DNA from: Fimbriosthenelais zetlandica
Taxonomy: Eukaryota
Direction: 5' to 3'
DNA: 64,000 nt
Assembly (NCBI GenBank): GCA_977030845.1
Contig: OZ365110.1
Location: forward strand, 15,872,001 to 15,936,000
Shown here: in pieces, positions 11,923 through 24,925 of the stretch
Layout of the letters: every line of letters begins with the position of its first letter
Position numbering within the stretch: position 1 is the first letter of the stretch
The notes under the pieces: generated by a model
Seen by the model: the letters and a program-made list of their open reading frames with translations, nothing else
Database searches by the model: none
Told to the model about the DNA's origin: nothing
Made by a program: the position numbers and the translations under genes

Positions 11923-13623
11923 GAGACCCTTCAGTATACTGTATGGGTGGGGTCAGCATTGTCAGCTTGATACAATGAAAAGGTAAAAAAAATCACACCA
12001 CAATAGACAAAGGCAACAATGAAGAGCAATCGAAATTCAAAAGACTAAAACCGTTTCAAATCAAGCCTCAAGTGTACTTGTGCATTATTATCTAGGCCCC
12101 TATATAGTTTTTAACACACGGGTGACATATATGTATATGGCACTATGCATTGATCAATGCTTTCTGCGCATTGCAATATGAGGTTACCAAGTCCTCTTCT
12201 ATTCCCTTCTGGAGAGGAGCTGGTACGAAATTCTGGAACTGATGGTAGAGAGATATGGCCGCGCTTCCCGTTACAAACCTCTGCCAAACTAAACACCTTT
12301 GATCCATGAATCAACATACATTCCATGACAAGACCCATGTGTTTCAGAACATTAAAGAACTAATTGTTATTATATGAAACAGCAAATGCTAAATCAAATT
12401 GAAATTTCACTCTTCCACTTGGATCAAGCCCAAAACGTAGGCCTACACAGGAACGTAATGTTCATCCCGCGTAACATCAAAAGCAAAACGTTTGGTTATA
12501 AACAGTGGCAACAGTGTTTGCATTGCATCTTAATACAAATACCCAGATTTATGATGTTGCCACCCAACTAACTGCCTGACATACAACATACCATGCAACC
12601 AGATGCCTGGGAGCTGTAAGCAAATGGAGTGTGCAAACACATTATGGAAGACAAGGTGCAAAGTGCTTGAATTTAGCAGGCTCGTGCCAATGAGGCCCTT
12701 TCATCATTCCTCCATATATAGAACACTGCATATATAGCATCCTCTATTATTTTTTACATACTTAAACTTAACTCTGTTGATACCCAACAAAGCTGCATTC
12801 CACATCAGCAAAGAAAATATTTATAAGCCTTTTTTTTGTCCAATTTCAACCAGTCATAAAGGGGTTTCCTATAATTATAACAACCAAGAAGACATCTAAC
12901 TGTAGAGAGGGTTATAACAAACGATAAGTACTAACAGATTTGTATGGTCTATTTCTATAAACGACAAAACCTTTCATCCTATGGCATTGGCAGAGATTTT
13001 AATTCATTTAAAGAACAAAAGTGATACATTTTAGTTAATAAAGACAAGCGCAAGGCTACAACAGATCATTGGGACGACATCCAACACGACAAAGAGTCGG
13101 GGCTGGTGTAGTACTCTCGCTCTCTCCACATTGATAATTCACCCTTTTCCTTTGTCCAAAATACAAAAACTATTCCCTGTTTGATGTCCATGCACCTAAT
13201 AACCTCCTTTACTCTATGGTGTGTTATTGTGTGAGGATATAGCTGGGGAATTATTACTGCTTCTACATATATAGCTTACGCCCCAAGGCTATATACCATA
13301 GACCAGGCTGTAGCCAGCTTCATGTTCTAAACCAAGGTTGAGACTTTGAAGATGACAATCATCAAACAGGAAGATCGAAACAACCCTGTATCTTTATTGT
13401 ATGCATGCACAGGACTTTTTTCTTTACTTTATTTCCATATAATTTATTTTTTTATGAGACCTATGTGTTTTGTGGGGAATGGTCACCTGGCATGATCCCT
13501 ATTACCAACTATGACACGCCCATAATTGTAAAGTAGTTAAAGTTACTGAAGCCCAAACCCATGACATAAAAGTATGCGGCCTCTGTCAGAACAAACAGTT
13601 ATAAGGATTTCTATCCTGAATAA

Positions 13624-13830
13624 AGCCAGAAATACACTAATCCGATTCTCTATCATCTGATAGCTGCTGTCCGAAACTGTATTTCTATTCACAACAAATG
13701 CTTGTAATTTGAAAAGTCCTTTACGCCTAGGTAGGGCTATCCATTGACACAATTTCAATCTTTAGATGTCATTAGAAATAGGGTATCGGATGGCGACGGA
13801 TTGGAGAATCGGATTAGTGTATTCCAGGCT
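13624..13830. mobile_element. MITE family B, copy 1 (Harbinger/Tourist-like)
   Basis: TIRs AGCCAGAAATACACTAATCCGATTCTC ... GAGAATCGGATTAGTGTATTCCAGGCT with TAA at 13621-13623 and 13831-13833. It is a reverse-complement homologue of 24268-24478. Confidence 0.85.
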
Positions 13831-14093
13831 TAAGACTCCCCAAACAAAGAATATTTTGATGCTTTCTCATCAGTGCGCACTCCTCTCATCCGTCATAGCC
13901 TACATCATATATCCAATGTGAGATGTCTTTATAAATATATCCCCATGGAGTGAAGACACAACACCCAGGCTTCACCGCCTCCAGAAGCTAATATTTGAGG
14001 TCCGTTGCCCGTCAGTGAGACAATGTCCCTGGCTATGATAATACCATCCTTCACAAAATGAGACTGAGAACGGAACCCCGAGGCCAAGCATCC

Positions 14094-14107
14094 CACACAC
14101 ACACACA
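14094..14107. repeat. (CA)7 microsatellite
   Basis: Read directly from the sequence. Confidence 0.8.
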
Positions 14108-17100
14108 CCCTCTGTGCAATCGGAAGCGACGTCTCATCATTGAAATGGGATGAGGCTGAGTGATAAATGGCTATGTAACACCTCGTCCCAGCAACCAGCT
14201 GACATTCAAACTGCGCCAGCTAATGCTTGGGACATTCCATAATTACTTTGTAGTAAGGCAGTGGACGCTCGCATGCAAACATCACCACAGGGTCACATAA
14301 TTCTTTGCCCTCCCCAGTCATTCTTGCACTCCATTATTTTGATTATGCCACCGGGGAGGTGAAAGTGTGGCTTGTCTTCATTGTAATGAAGGGTGTGTGT
14401 TTGGACTTCTATAGGGGGGACGAGTTCTGCTCTTCTTCATGATTCATACTTATGTCACTTACCTAATGAACATGGTCCTGTTGGCAAACAGAAAGGAAGA
14501 CTAGAGAGAAGAAGCATAAACTCCTCAACGTTCATAATGATAAGATCTTTAATAAAATGGTTCTATACCTGATATATATGTGTATTATATAGTGTCAAAG
14601 TTTTGGTTTAACTGTACCCTACTGTTTTTCTGGCAGAACCTTAGGGTGTGACTGGAGCAAGGAAGAGCTAACCTGATTTCCCTTGCAGCCAATACCCAAT
14701 GCAGAATTTGGGTCAAGCAGCATGAATCTAGATTTGACTTAAATAGATTAACCTTAAGCAATAAGTTTAACTTCATCACTTACAATCTAAACAGCCTTTT
14801 TTATACTGAAAGGCACACTTTTTTCTATAATATCTTTTTGACATAAACCAACGGTTCTTCCAGACAAATTCTACAGATTCAAAACGGAGTGATGGCCCAT
14901 GTACATATATCTGCAGCAGAGGAGAATTTTTGGGAGGAAATACGATCTTATACATTAATATCTCGGAAAAATATACCTTCCATTATTATTATGCCAACAT
15001 GAGACATGAAAAGTAACATTTCTTGATTGAATTAGGATATCCGGGATTTTATTTCTTCCAAGTTCCATAACACTAATTACCAACGCCCCAGATCCTATAA
15101 TGGAAAGATTCTGAAACCGAACACACTGCACCTCATTTTTGCCCCTATATCATGTGGTGTTAACCTGATTCATTTTCAAATTAACGGCGAAGAGTTTTCA
15201 TATATACATTCTTAAAATAACATAAAATCAATTTAATATTATTCAAACTTTGAAAGTAAATTGGACATAAGAAATATAGGTTACTTTTACATCTATAGAC
15301 AAATTCCATGGTACTTATAAATACTTTTCTGTTTACGTAATAATGTCCAGTTCCAAGAAGGCCTCTTACACTTCTATTTATTTATTTATTTATTTTACCT
15401 TTGACACGCTATCATCAAAGACGGTTGTGTGGAAGTCATTGTCGTCCCCTGTCACCCATCAATTTCATCTCATCATACATCACATCTTTTGTATATTATC
15501 TGTATTTGATTGCACTTTCTTTTCGTTTGTTTGTATGTTTGTTTCCATCTCTCCACCCATGTATATGGATTAACATCGCTAATTAGATTTCAAAACAAGA
15601 TATTCTGGTGTCGACTGAAAAGCGGCTTTGCCGAATTCTTCCTAGCAATACAAAATTGAAACTGAAAAAAAATATATATAAATAAATCCTTATAACTTCA
15701 TTATTATTTCGAATAAAAAAGTTAATTCTAATTATTGCAAATTATGTCAGTCGACCTGGCAGGGGATGCGACTTATAAACATTTTATATCCACATCATTT
15801 GTTAAGAGGAGACCCATGAGAAGGCATAACATGATGTGACACTCATAACTGCCAATCAGTCATCCTGGGTCTATTTTTTTCGCTTGATTTCCCTTGATGG
15901 CTCCCCATCAAGTATAGGCAATATGCATGGCTAAACAGCAAGTAATTTATGGAGTTGACAGAAGTAAAATGCAATTAATACACTCAGTCAACCACATAGA
16001 TTATATCAATAATTCATTGGTCATCAGTAGTATTTCTACTAAATAATGATATTATATATGAATGGGAAGATTTTTTGCCACTTTTAATTTAATATCGTCC
16101 CTGTTTCGCATCATATTGATCCAAACTTAATATAGTTTATATAATATTATAATATGGCCAAAAAAAACGCCACCTCAAACACATCGGATACACAAAATTA
16201 ATTTCATGATAATAATGAATGTATGAAACTATGTAACAGGTCTCATACAAAAATCTTACGATCACAATCTTTACATGACTGTGGCGATCCATTTCAGGCA
16301 AAGTTGTAGTGTGGCAGATCCGCATTCATATCAGTTATATATCAGCCCTTAATTTTGGAGAGAAACCGATACACCGACAAAATAATCTCCAGCTCTGTCG
16401 GGAAAAGGGGAACTTGTATTATAAGGTGAAAATGACTTAAATGGGTCTGATTTTAAGGGGATGACACAATCTGAGGTAGCCACTTTGTTTCTGAGTGCCT
16501 CACCAGACCCGAGGAGCAGCTCATGTAGGCCTTTAATGGGGACTGAGTGGAGAGGATAGAGCTTCCAGCAGCAAACTGAAGATGGCACTTCAGTCCTTGC
16601 TGTTATCCACAATACTCTGTCTTGGCCATGAGCAGATACTCATTTTGGTATACTACTCACAGACGTTTTATAGTGAGTTTTGGTTAGTAGTGTGTGGAAA
16701 TTGGCCTACTGGTACTGTATATTTTCAAGGAGATTGGAGCGTTCACAATAATTATGTCCCTTTAATCACTAAACCAAAGCATAAGTTCACTGATTGGAGG
16801 GATTCTGAGATTTAATTGATAACTTTGGGTTGGGTCTTGACATTTTCATTCCGACCTCTGCACCAGGAACTACGGTTTGATTGGCAACCCCAGCCTTGTG
16901 CACAGGAAATTGTTTTAATTGTCATATTATTCTCTCCGAATCATTGAACCAAAAACTTCCGGATAATAATAATATAAAATCCTGGATTTTTTCCAGACTA
17001 AGCATATATAATGGTTTCCAAGTTACAGCACAGAATATAATAATTTGACATGGCTTTGCCAGATTTTCAGATACTAGAACTTAACCAATGTTAGTGTCAC

Positions 17101-17599
17101 AGATCCACCAACTGACTGAAAGGACATAGAAGGGCTATGAGCATAATCAGGATGGAACCTGGGTAGTTCCAAGTTGGTCCACCAGTAGGCAGAATTTCAA
17201 TGCTAATATTGTTTCCATGGTATCATAACAGAGGGCGATACATGTTGCAGTGCATGTAAACGGACAGCATCCCACAGAGTTCAGCATGAGAGTGGTATGC
17301 ACTTACCCCAAACTACAATGTTAAGCCTTTAGGGTAGGTATCTAATTGTTTGGTATCTGATGCAATCAGCGAGTATAATTTATGGCTCAAATTAATACCC
17401 AAAATATAAGCCTTATAAATCCACGTTCCCGCTAAGAAATACCAAAAGGAATGTTTAAGATTAAATGCCTAATAGCTAGTTTTTAATCAGAATAATTTAT
17501 TAATGACATCTAAATATAGACTCCTCCTACACTTGGCTACAGAGAGACATGCGCAGCCTCGATCAGTCCTAAAATTTGTGAGAAGAGATTAATCAGAAC

Positions 17600-18090
17600 T
17601 ATAAGTTGTCTCTGTCGTTTAATCTTTTTTTCCCGAGCTCATCATTACTCTTTCTTTTAGTCGTACATCCTTCCATCTATAGCTGAGAACTGTTTTCTTT
17701 TTTATTCTGAGAAGGACTGAAGCAGTGCAGCTTCATCTCTTATACCTCAGCTTTATGTTGTATCTCTGAAGGTTTTAGCAAAGGAAGCCATCAGAAATCA
17801 AAGCAAAACGGGTTAGACCACGTCTAATAAATAAGGGAATGTGGTTTCAGTTGGCTAATAAGGTGTCCCTGAAAGGCAGGAACCTAATTAAGTGTATCAA
17901 AAACTAAGAAACTTGGCTATGATGAGCATCGGGCGTCTTCATCGCCACAGAGGAGCAAGTGTTCGAGCTAATCTGGTATCCTTTATGCATAGACGATTTG
18001 CTCCGTTTGCACCGCTTGGAGTCACACACCAATTAGTGGAGCACATCAGAGGAAAGCTGGGATTCAGATCTTGAATATTTCCCCCTGTTT
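17600..18090 (-). mobile_element. Possible decayed L1-type ORF1 fragment
   Basis: Interrupted minus-strand frames give RRPMLIIAKFLSF (cf. the L1 ORF1 PRxIIxKF motif) and QSFSE*KRKQF. Many stops; the match is to remembered motifs only. Confidence 0.25.
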
Positions 18091-19410
18091 ATTTCCATTG
18101 CCATTTGTACAGAGTGGCATTAGAGTTCTATTTCAAGAGAAAAGTAGTGTGCTACATTAGCCTCCTACTGATACGATGCCGTTGCACATCTCTATCAACA
18201 TGCTCCAGTTTGTAAAATTTACAAATTCAGAGATACAGTATTATTTTAATAATGCAAGAAAATGATGATACGAAAACAAAGCTGGATTTATATGCTATGC
18301 AGACAGAAAATTCCATTTGTTCAGCACAAAGCATAAGAGAGGATATAAAAAATAACAAGCCAATTCCTATGCATCTTAGGAACACACGCACATTTGTCAC
18401 TTTTTATTTGACCACACAGGAAAGGCGTGTTTATATTATTCAACAAGTCCAAACAGGCAGCTTACGGATTCATGGCATCCAGAAAACAATGTTTCAAGAG
18501 TCCCTCTTGACTTTCTGCTGTATATATATATCAGTTGCTATATTAGTATGCCTTCTGCAGCCACATACTGGAGCCAATGGTAAGGTGGACACCAAAATAG
18601 GCCTTCCTTTAAAGTATCCTGACAAGTCAATATTCAGATTGGAGATGTATTAGATCATTCAAGAAAAAAGATTAAATCGTACCCTGCCTTAATGTCTTCC
18701 TCAACATGGATGAAATTAATTAGTATCTGTCTCTAGTTATCAGCATTTGACAGACAGTATCAGAAAGACTCTAGTCTGCTGTTTCAAAAGTTACAACAGA
18801 TCTCTCAGCTAAACAAGTTGAGATCATGGGATATGAAGGCTTATAGTTTCTAGTATGGTATTAACGTAATGAAAAAAATCTGAAATCATCCCTATACTTC
18901 AGAAGGCAGATAATTCCTGCGTGGGCAGCCATTGAATTTACATTATTTGATAAAATTAACTGCTAGACCTGTTTATGGAATAAGGTCAGCTTAATTTATA
19001 AAGCTGAAAGAATTTAAAGGTGAATGCTCTCTTTGAAATGATTTATTCTGAAAACAGAAACTCTGAACGTTCTGTCTTGTCTGCATGTGCGTCTTCTGAA
19101 TAGCAAATTTAGCCCCATTCATCACATTTCTAGAGACTTCCTCCAAGTTCCCTCTAGGGCTGCAAGTAGGGCAGTATTCCAAGATAAAGCCCAAGGGAAA
19201 GAGATTAAATGGCATGGAGGCCTCCTTAGGGAGTGTGTGGGGGACAGGGTTCCTCCCATCTGATAAACATAACAGATTAAAGCTAGCATTGGATAGACAT
19301 TGATAACTATCGTCTATATGTGGCTGCTAAGTAACTGACGTCTGTACGTCTACCTCCGCCTGTCCATTCTCACCACTCTGCACCAGAGAAAAAGAGGAAA
19401 AATATTCCTA

Positions 19411-19900
19411 TTAACTCTTACAGCTGCCGTTTGTTGGTGACTGATTGTTGCCTGGGTCAGTGGAAACTCGGCCGAGTAGTTTTTCTCGCGGTAAAGGAAT
19501 AATTGGCGTTTGCTTGCTCGACCGTTTGTCTACAATGTCATTTGAGAGAGAGGAGGAGGTCCTTGGACTTTGAGGCCGAGCCCTACGGGCCGCAAGATAG
19601 GGGGAACCATCAATTAATTGGCGAGCAGACATTGGTGGAGTTGCAACTGGTGAAAATTGTGCATTTTTAATATTTTCCTCCTGTTTACAATATGAACTAG
19701 GACGTTGCTCATATCTTCGTCTCTCATTCGTTGTTTTAATTGGTGGGTGCACTTCTATGACGTCATTTTCAACGTCGTAGAAAGAATCGCGCGAGAAAGG
19801 ACGTGATTCTTCTTCAGTCCAGATTTTCTTCAAGTGAAGAGGCACATATGGCAAAGTGTTATTCCCGACAGATTGCCCATTGCAGTTGCAATGAGTTGGC
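19411..19900 (-). CDS. Gene 2 terminal exon: cytoplasmic tail (RPTHCNCNG...GSCKS*)
   Basis: Acceptor TTTTATCTAAATTTCAG| in phase 2 continues the TM exon in frame and coincides with ORF 19411..19920. It is Ser/Pro/Arg-rich with SFYDV, RRYEQ and SPYL, and stops at TAA 19413-19411. Confidence 0.82.
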
Positions 19901-21050
19901 CTGAAATTTAGATAAAACATATCTGAGTGGTTGTCAGAAATAATTATCGGGGTTGGTGTTGAGAAGACGCGAGAGTCCCGGATGTGTGGGATATGGGCCT
20001 TCCGGAAATTTGGAGAGTGGGATCACGGGAAGAGGACCAAGTGAGGGTTATAGAAGAGGGCCAAGGTCAACATTTAACTAAAAGGATTTTTACTTGTGGC
20101 AAATACAATCATGACTCAATCAAAATTTTAATTAAGTTGAAATTGTCACAAGTGGTAAATACTCTTGTTTTCTGACACAATGTCATTTTTCAGTGCCGGA
20201 AATTTGCATTGGGAGCCTTTATTTGACTGTTGAAATTTCTTTCACATCAAAATGCGAAATCATGCAGGACATTTTCAGGAACTAATGGAAAGCACTTTTT
20301 CCACATGCCTTGCATGTAGCTGCGATAGGAACGGGTGCTTCCTATTTCAACATTTGAATATTTTGGAAGGTTTCTGTAGGTCTATATCAGCAATATAATG
20401 TGGCTTGGAATGAAGATGACATAATTTTAAAGACTAAAATAATGTGACCATGTTGTGCTGCAAATAGTTATATGGCGCACGTAGTCCTCTATTGATATTA
20501 AAATTAATGGAAGAGAAAAAATACTAAAAGTACTAAAATTCAGTAAACGTTCGCTACACAAAATTCAGATATTAAAAGCGTTGTATGGAACAGCCAAACT
20601 TTATAGTAGTTGCCTACCCCTCACTCAATAAGCCCAAATTCACGGCCATAGTTGGGATATGGAAATGGCGGCGGACCTGACAAGTGGGGCTTGATGACTG
20701 GGTGTAGTTGGAGAGCATAAAGTAGAATCAGAACTGTCATAGTGTGAACAAGAAACATGTCTGCCAGGTCAAACCGCCTCCACCATTATCCAAGCGGGAG
20801 AGAAGCCAAAGCCGTTGACATGTGGAAATATTCCAAACATTTATCATTGGGTCTTAATATTGGCGCCATACTTTATTAGGGAATGAGATTGGCGAACATT
20901 TATATGCAGAGGAAGCAATGTTTCAGCTCCGATGGGTGTTAGATATACGTATATATTCTCTAAGAATTGTCCACCGCAAAACATCGGGAAATGTTAATGA
21001 CCGTTAAAAGTCTAATTTATTAAAAGCATATTAACTTAAATATATCTCAC

Positions 21051-21126
21051 CTCCGTGATAGGTAAAAGTAAGTAGTGACTGAAGACACCAGAATTAGTAG
21101 CAAAAGGACAGGTACAAAAATCACAA
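21051..21126 (-). CDS. Gene 2 transmembrane exon (VVIFVPVLLLLILVSSVTTYFYLSR), phase 1-2
   Basis: Acceptor ATTTTCAATTTCAG| and donor |GTGAGA. The 76 nt encode a hydrophobic helix. Phases match both neighbours. Too short for the ORF track. Confidence 0.85.
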
Positions 21127-21244
21127 CTGAAATTGAAAATAATATTATATATAAGACAGGTTACTAATATGTGCACATGTATGCTTAAAGTTGGCTACAT
21201 ACGAATCATAGATGCTAAATTATTTAGCCTACATTCGCAGTTGA

Positions 21245-21302
21245 AGTGTGAGCTGGTATTCACCCATAACAGGCTCTATAAAAATTCTAAATAAAAAAAA
21301 AA
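21245..21302 (+). mobile_element. Isolated 3' tail of SINE family B (or of its partner LINE), 5'-truncated
   Basis: AGTGTGAGCTGGTATTCACCCATAACAGGCTCTATAAAAATTC..A-run matches the reverse complement of 56893-56947. It lies in a gene 2 intron, antisense to the gene. Confidence 0.75.
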
Positions 21303-21334
21303 GGAAAAAGTTTGAGGTAGTATATTTCACATAC

Positions 21335-21848
21335 CCAGGCTAATTTTGCTCCCACCTCGATTTCTGGGACCTCCATCTTCATGGGAACTGTAAAATATCA
21401 CAGAACTGGCCGTGCTGCTCCAGCCATATATATTCCTGGCTGTGACATTAATTTCCATTGACGTATTATTGTCAGGAACAAACCCTAAGTCCCACCTTGT
21501 GACATTGGTCAAGGCATGGTAAACTGCACCACGCATGCGTAATATAACCTTATAATGCTGTACTTGATTGACATAATCCTGCCTCCATGACAGAAGAGTT
21601 TGGTTTCTCTCAGTGTCCACGAAGACAGTAATATCTCTAGGTTCATAAGGAACGCCTTGAGTGACGTTGACTTCCTGCACGGGTGACGTCACAGTCTCCT
21701 TGTCTACCGTGGCCGAGAGCTGCACGGCGTAGCGCGCGTGACCACAAAGTTTGCTCACTGTAGCCGTGCAACATGGGACATGACGGGGACGCCTCCACAA
21801 AGGCCTGGCGCCTTGGTCATTGATTATTCCAAGGGACAAAGTGAAGAC
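21335..21848 (-). CDS. Gene 2 exon: second half of one FN3 domain plus a complete membrane-proximal FN3 domain, phase 0-1
   Basis: Acceptor CTCCATCTACACAG| and donor G|GTATGT, overlapping ORF 21327..21839. FN3 signature GVPYEPRDITV..LLSW..HYKV..INVTARNIYGWSS, preceded by the FN3 C-terminal pattern VSKLCGHARYAVQLSA. Several N-glycosylation sequons (NVT x3, NQT, NTS). Confidence 0.9.
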
Positions 21849-22824
21849 CTGTGTAGATGGAGATGAAGAAAGAGGAAATTAATATAAGGCTAGTGAGAAT
21901 TGGTTCATCATCATATAACCATAAGTGGACATGAGCTTGCCTGTTCAATTTGGGATCTGGGATTCCTTGATTTATTCAGGTCAATCCTAACATTTAAATG
22001 TAGAATAGACATTGAACCGATCGTTCATCATTGGACAAACTCCATTGAGCTTGTTTGAGATCAGGCCTGAGTTATATTTGTATTTATATCCTTTTAGAGG
22101 ATGTAGAGATCTTGATGGTGGCTACAACCACAGAGTCAGGTAATAATAAGTCTTCAGACTGATTAGAGATCCTCATCTCGTGATGATAACGAATGATTAT
22201 TTCTCACGCGAACCTCAGGCTTTCCCTGAAGTCTATATACACTGATGTTTACCACTCCCTATAAGTCCTATACATTCCTAGAGTAATATGACCATGGTCA
22301 TTATTAATACTGAGAATAATAGGAGTATAATTCTATCTGTGCTATTATCAAACCCACCAGTCAATCACTTCTTCAAGACAGGTTTGTTTTCTTCTGATTA
22401 GGTGGAGATGAGTAAATTCAAGGTAATGTTTTATAAATCTTGATTAAAGTTTGATCAAGCATTAACGAGAGTCAGTTTTCATAGCAGCCAATTAACTTGC
22501 CTCAGAAGTTCATATATTATATAAGTTATCTATGAAATGGCTTCCAAGGTTAGATATAGTAGGATTAAATTGAGTACATTATATATAGAAGGAAATTAGG
22601 GCACAGACTTTTGCTTAACATGGCCATAAGGGTGGAAATGTACATCCAGATTTTACTGTAAATTACTATAAATATATTCTATAAAGATATCTAATTATCT
22701 TTTTAATGATGTTCGATTAACCCACTTATTAAATGCACTGTTCGAGAACTGAGTAGCCTAATTTTCCTTAATGATATTAGAAGTTTCAAAGTTAAGGAAG
22801 CTGTGAAAATTCAAAGACACTCAC

Positions 22825-22919
22825 ATGCTTTACTTCCCCCAGATGGAATTCCCTGGGGTCCCAGTGTACTTGAATCCTTCCTGGGTAGTCATTGACAACT
22901 CTCACATTGAACGGATCAT
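22825..22919 (-). CDS. Gene 2 exon: first half of an FN3 domain (DPFNVRVVNDYPGRIQVHWDPREFHLGEVKH), phase 1-0
   Basis: Acceptor ATGACTTTAG| and donor |GTGAGT. Shows the typical FN3 start (P-x-N-V ... I-x-V-x-W-x-P). The phase-0 end joins the exon at 21848 in frame. Confidence 0.82.
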
Positions 22920-24267
22920 CTAAAGTCATAGTTGATGATAAAGAAATGAAGTGAAGTTGATCTTAAGCTTGCCATGGCCATTATAATAACATTATTAACA
23001 TGTCGGCTATTATACATGAACAACATACCAGATCTACAAAATTAGATGCAGTTTTGTTTAATTGGAAGTATAGACTGACCTTTGTGGGTATGATTTCCAT
23101 CACCAGCAGATATGACTGTGTTATAATATACACAGTATGTAAGCCAAATCAATTTAATGGAGTCTTTAAACATCCTTTATCACTTACATACTTCCACTTG
23201 CAAGTGATATATGAAAATACTAAATGTTTGGGTGGACGGATTTCCTTATAGACTTGCCCACACCGATCCCATAACTGATAAGAGAATGGACTTTGTAACA
23301 TTGAGGTGTTGATATGGAAGTTATACTTGGAATTCAAAAATCCTTCATATTGACTTTCTCTTTACTTGCCGACGAGTGCATTGCCTATTATCATCACTGC
23401 CATCTCATTATACTTATACAAAGCATGAGGTCATCATTCAATATTTACGATATTTGTTTTATCTTAAGTATATTATGAAGAAGCCCTTGACTTTAGATAA
23501 TACGACAGACTATACAGTACAGGGCAAAGATTTGGCTTGGATTTGAGTGCATTAACGAATATAAAAAGCTTTTATATATATGATTTTGAAAGCTTTTAGT
23601 ATTGTTTAATGTCAATATATAAGAGGAAATTCAATCCACAGCAAGAGTCAGTATTTTCTCGGAAATGCATTTAGGATCATTAAAACTTATACTGGGGAGG
23701 AGTCACATTATACATTTATATGTCAGATAGTAACTGAACATCAGTAATCATAACAAATAGGTTGGAAAATGGCCGGATGTTTTAGCAGTGCAATTGAATG
23801 TATAATAAACGAGGAGGATTTTCCGTATTGGATCCCGGCGAGTAGAAGGTCCCATGAAAAATGGCCAATAAGGAGATTACCCACAGCAGATGGCCTCAAT
23901 GGATGCTCAAGCCATAGAACTCTGAGAGACAGTACTCAACCAAAATTCCTGTCCAGAGTCAACAAGCATAATGGGCCCGAAGACTTAGTGGTATGGCTTC
24001 CAATGATTTATCCTGATCTTCCTTGTGCTTTCAAAGGAATATCTCGATGGTATGAATGGTTGTATGACACTGGAGCATATAAAGTTGAAATGCTTATATA
24101 CAGATTCCTGCATAAGGTGGGACTCTCTCTGTGTTAGATAGGCCCTACCTAATGCATCTATATGGCAATATATATCCATTATATACGTGTAGATTAGTAT
24201 CTAATGTGGCACAGCGTAATATTATGGGGCACAGCCTTAATTACCAACAGGCCACAGTTTAGGCTAA

Positions 24268-24478
24268 AGCCGGGAATACACTAATCCGATTCTCCAATCC
24301 GTCGCCATCCGATACCCTATTTCTAATGACATCTGAAGATTGAAATTTTGTCAGTGGTTAGGCCTATCTAAGTATAAAGGATGTTTCAAATTACAAGCAT
24401 TTGGTGTGAAGAGAACTATAGTTTCGGAGAGCTATCGGATAATGCCGGATAGAGAATCGGATTAGTGTATGCCTGGCT
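24268..24478. mobile_element. MITE family B, copy 2
   Basis: TIRs AGCCGGGAATACACTAATCCGATTCTC ... GAGAATCGGATTAGTGTATGCCTGGCT with TAA at 24265-24267 and 24479-24481. Homologous to 13624-13830. Confidence 0.85.
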
Positions 24479-24648
24479 TAAAGCAATTCAGGGGGCCTCA
24501 GGTGATAGCTAAGGGACTATATAAGCGATATTTACCGGTTTAGGGATTCAGTTCTTTTCTATTTTGTCTTACGAGGCGAAAACATAACGACTGGGGGCAT
24601 ATCGGCGGTAAATTCTCTCTTGGCTGACATGGTGTACCATCGGGGTGC

Positions 24649-24925
24649 AACCACCGCGGTGGTGTAGTGGTTAGAGTGTCCGCCCCGTGTGTGGAAGGTC
24701 GCTGGTTCGAACCGCGGCCGGGTCATACCAAAAACTGAAAAAATGGGACTAGTGGCTCCCTCGCTTGGCACTCAGTAAAAAGAGGACAGTACTAGGACTG
24801 GTCAACCCGGTGTCAGTATAATGTGACTGGGTGAGATATCATGTCATGTGCCTGCGACGTGATACCTCAGTGAGGCAGCACTACAAAAGAGCATTGGGCT
24901 CACTGTCACAAGTAGGCACCGTCAT
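24649..24925 (+). mobile_element. SINE family A, copy 2, 5' part (interrupted)
   Basis: Collinear with copy 1 up to ..GGCACCGTCAT, then breaks off. Left TSD ACCATCGGGGTGC at 24636-24648. Confidence 0.88.

Noticed and set aside
16425-16499. PDZ-like peptide LNGSDFKGMTQSEVATLF
   Set aside because: There is an in-frame stop immediately upstream, no good splice sites and no other PDZ elements; probably chance.
21395-21430. YGWSS as a WSxWS cytokine-receptor motif
   Set aside because: The second W is absent. It is explained as the ordinary FN3 G-strand N-x-x-G-x-S pattern.
23192-23340. Candidate extra gene 2 exon (LWDRCGQ..KWKY or ..CYKVHSLISYGIGVGKS)
   Set aside because: The frame with good splice sites ends in phase 0, but the next exon needs phase 1. 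The FN3-looking frame lacks a credible donor.
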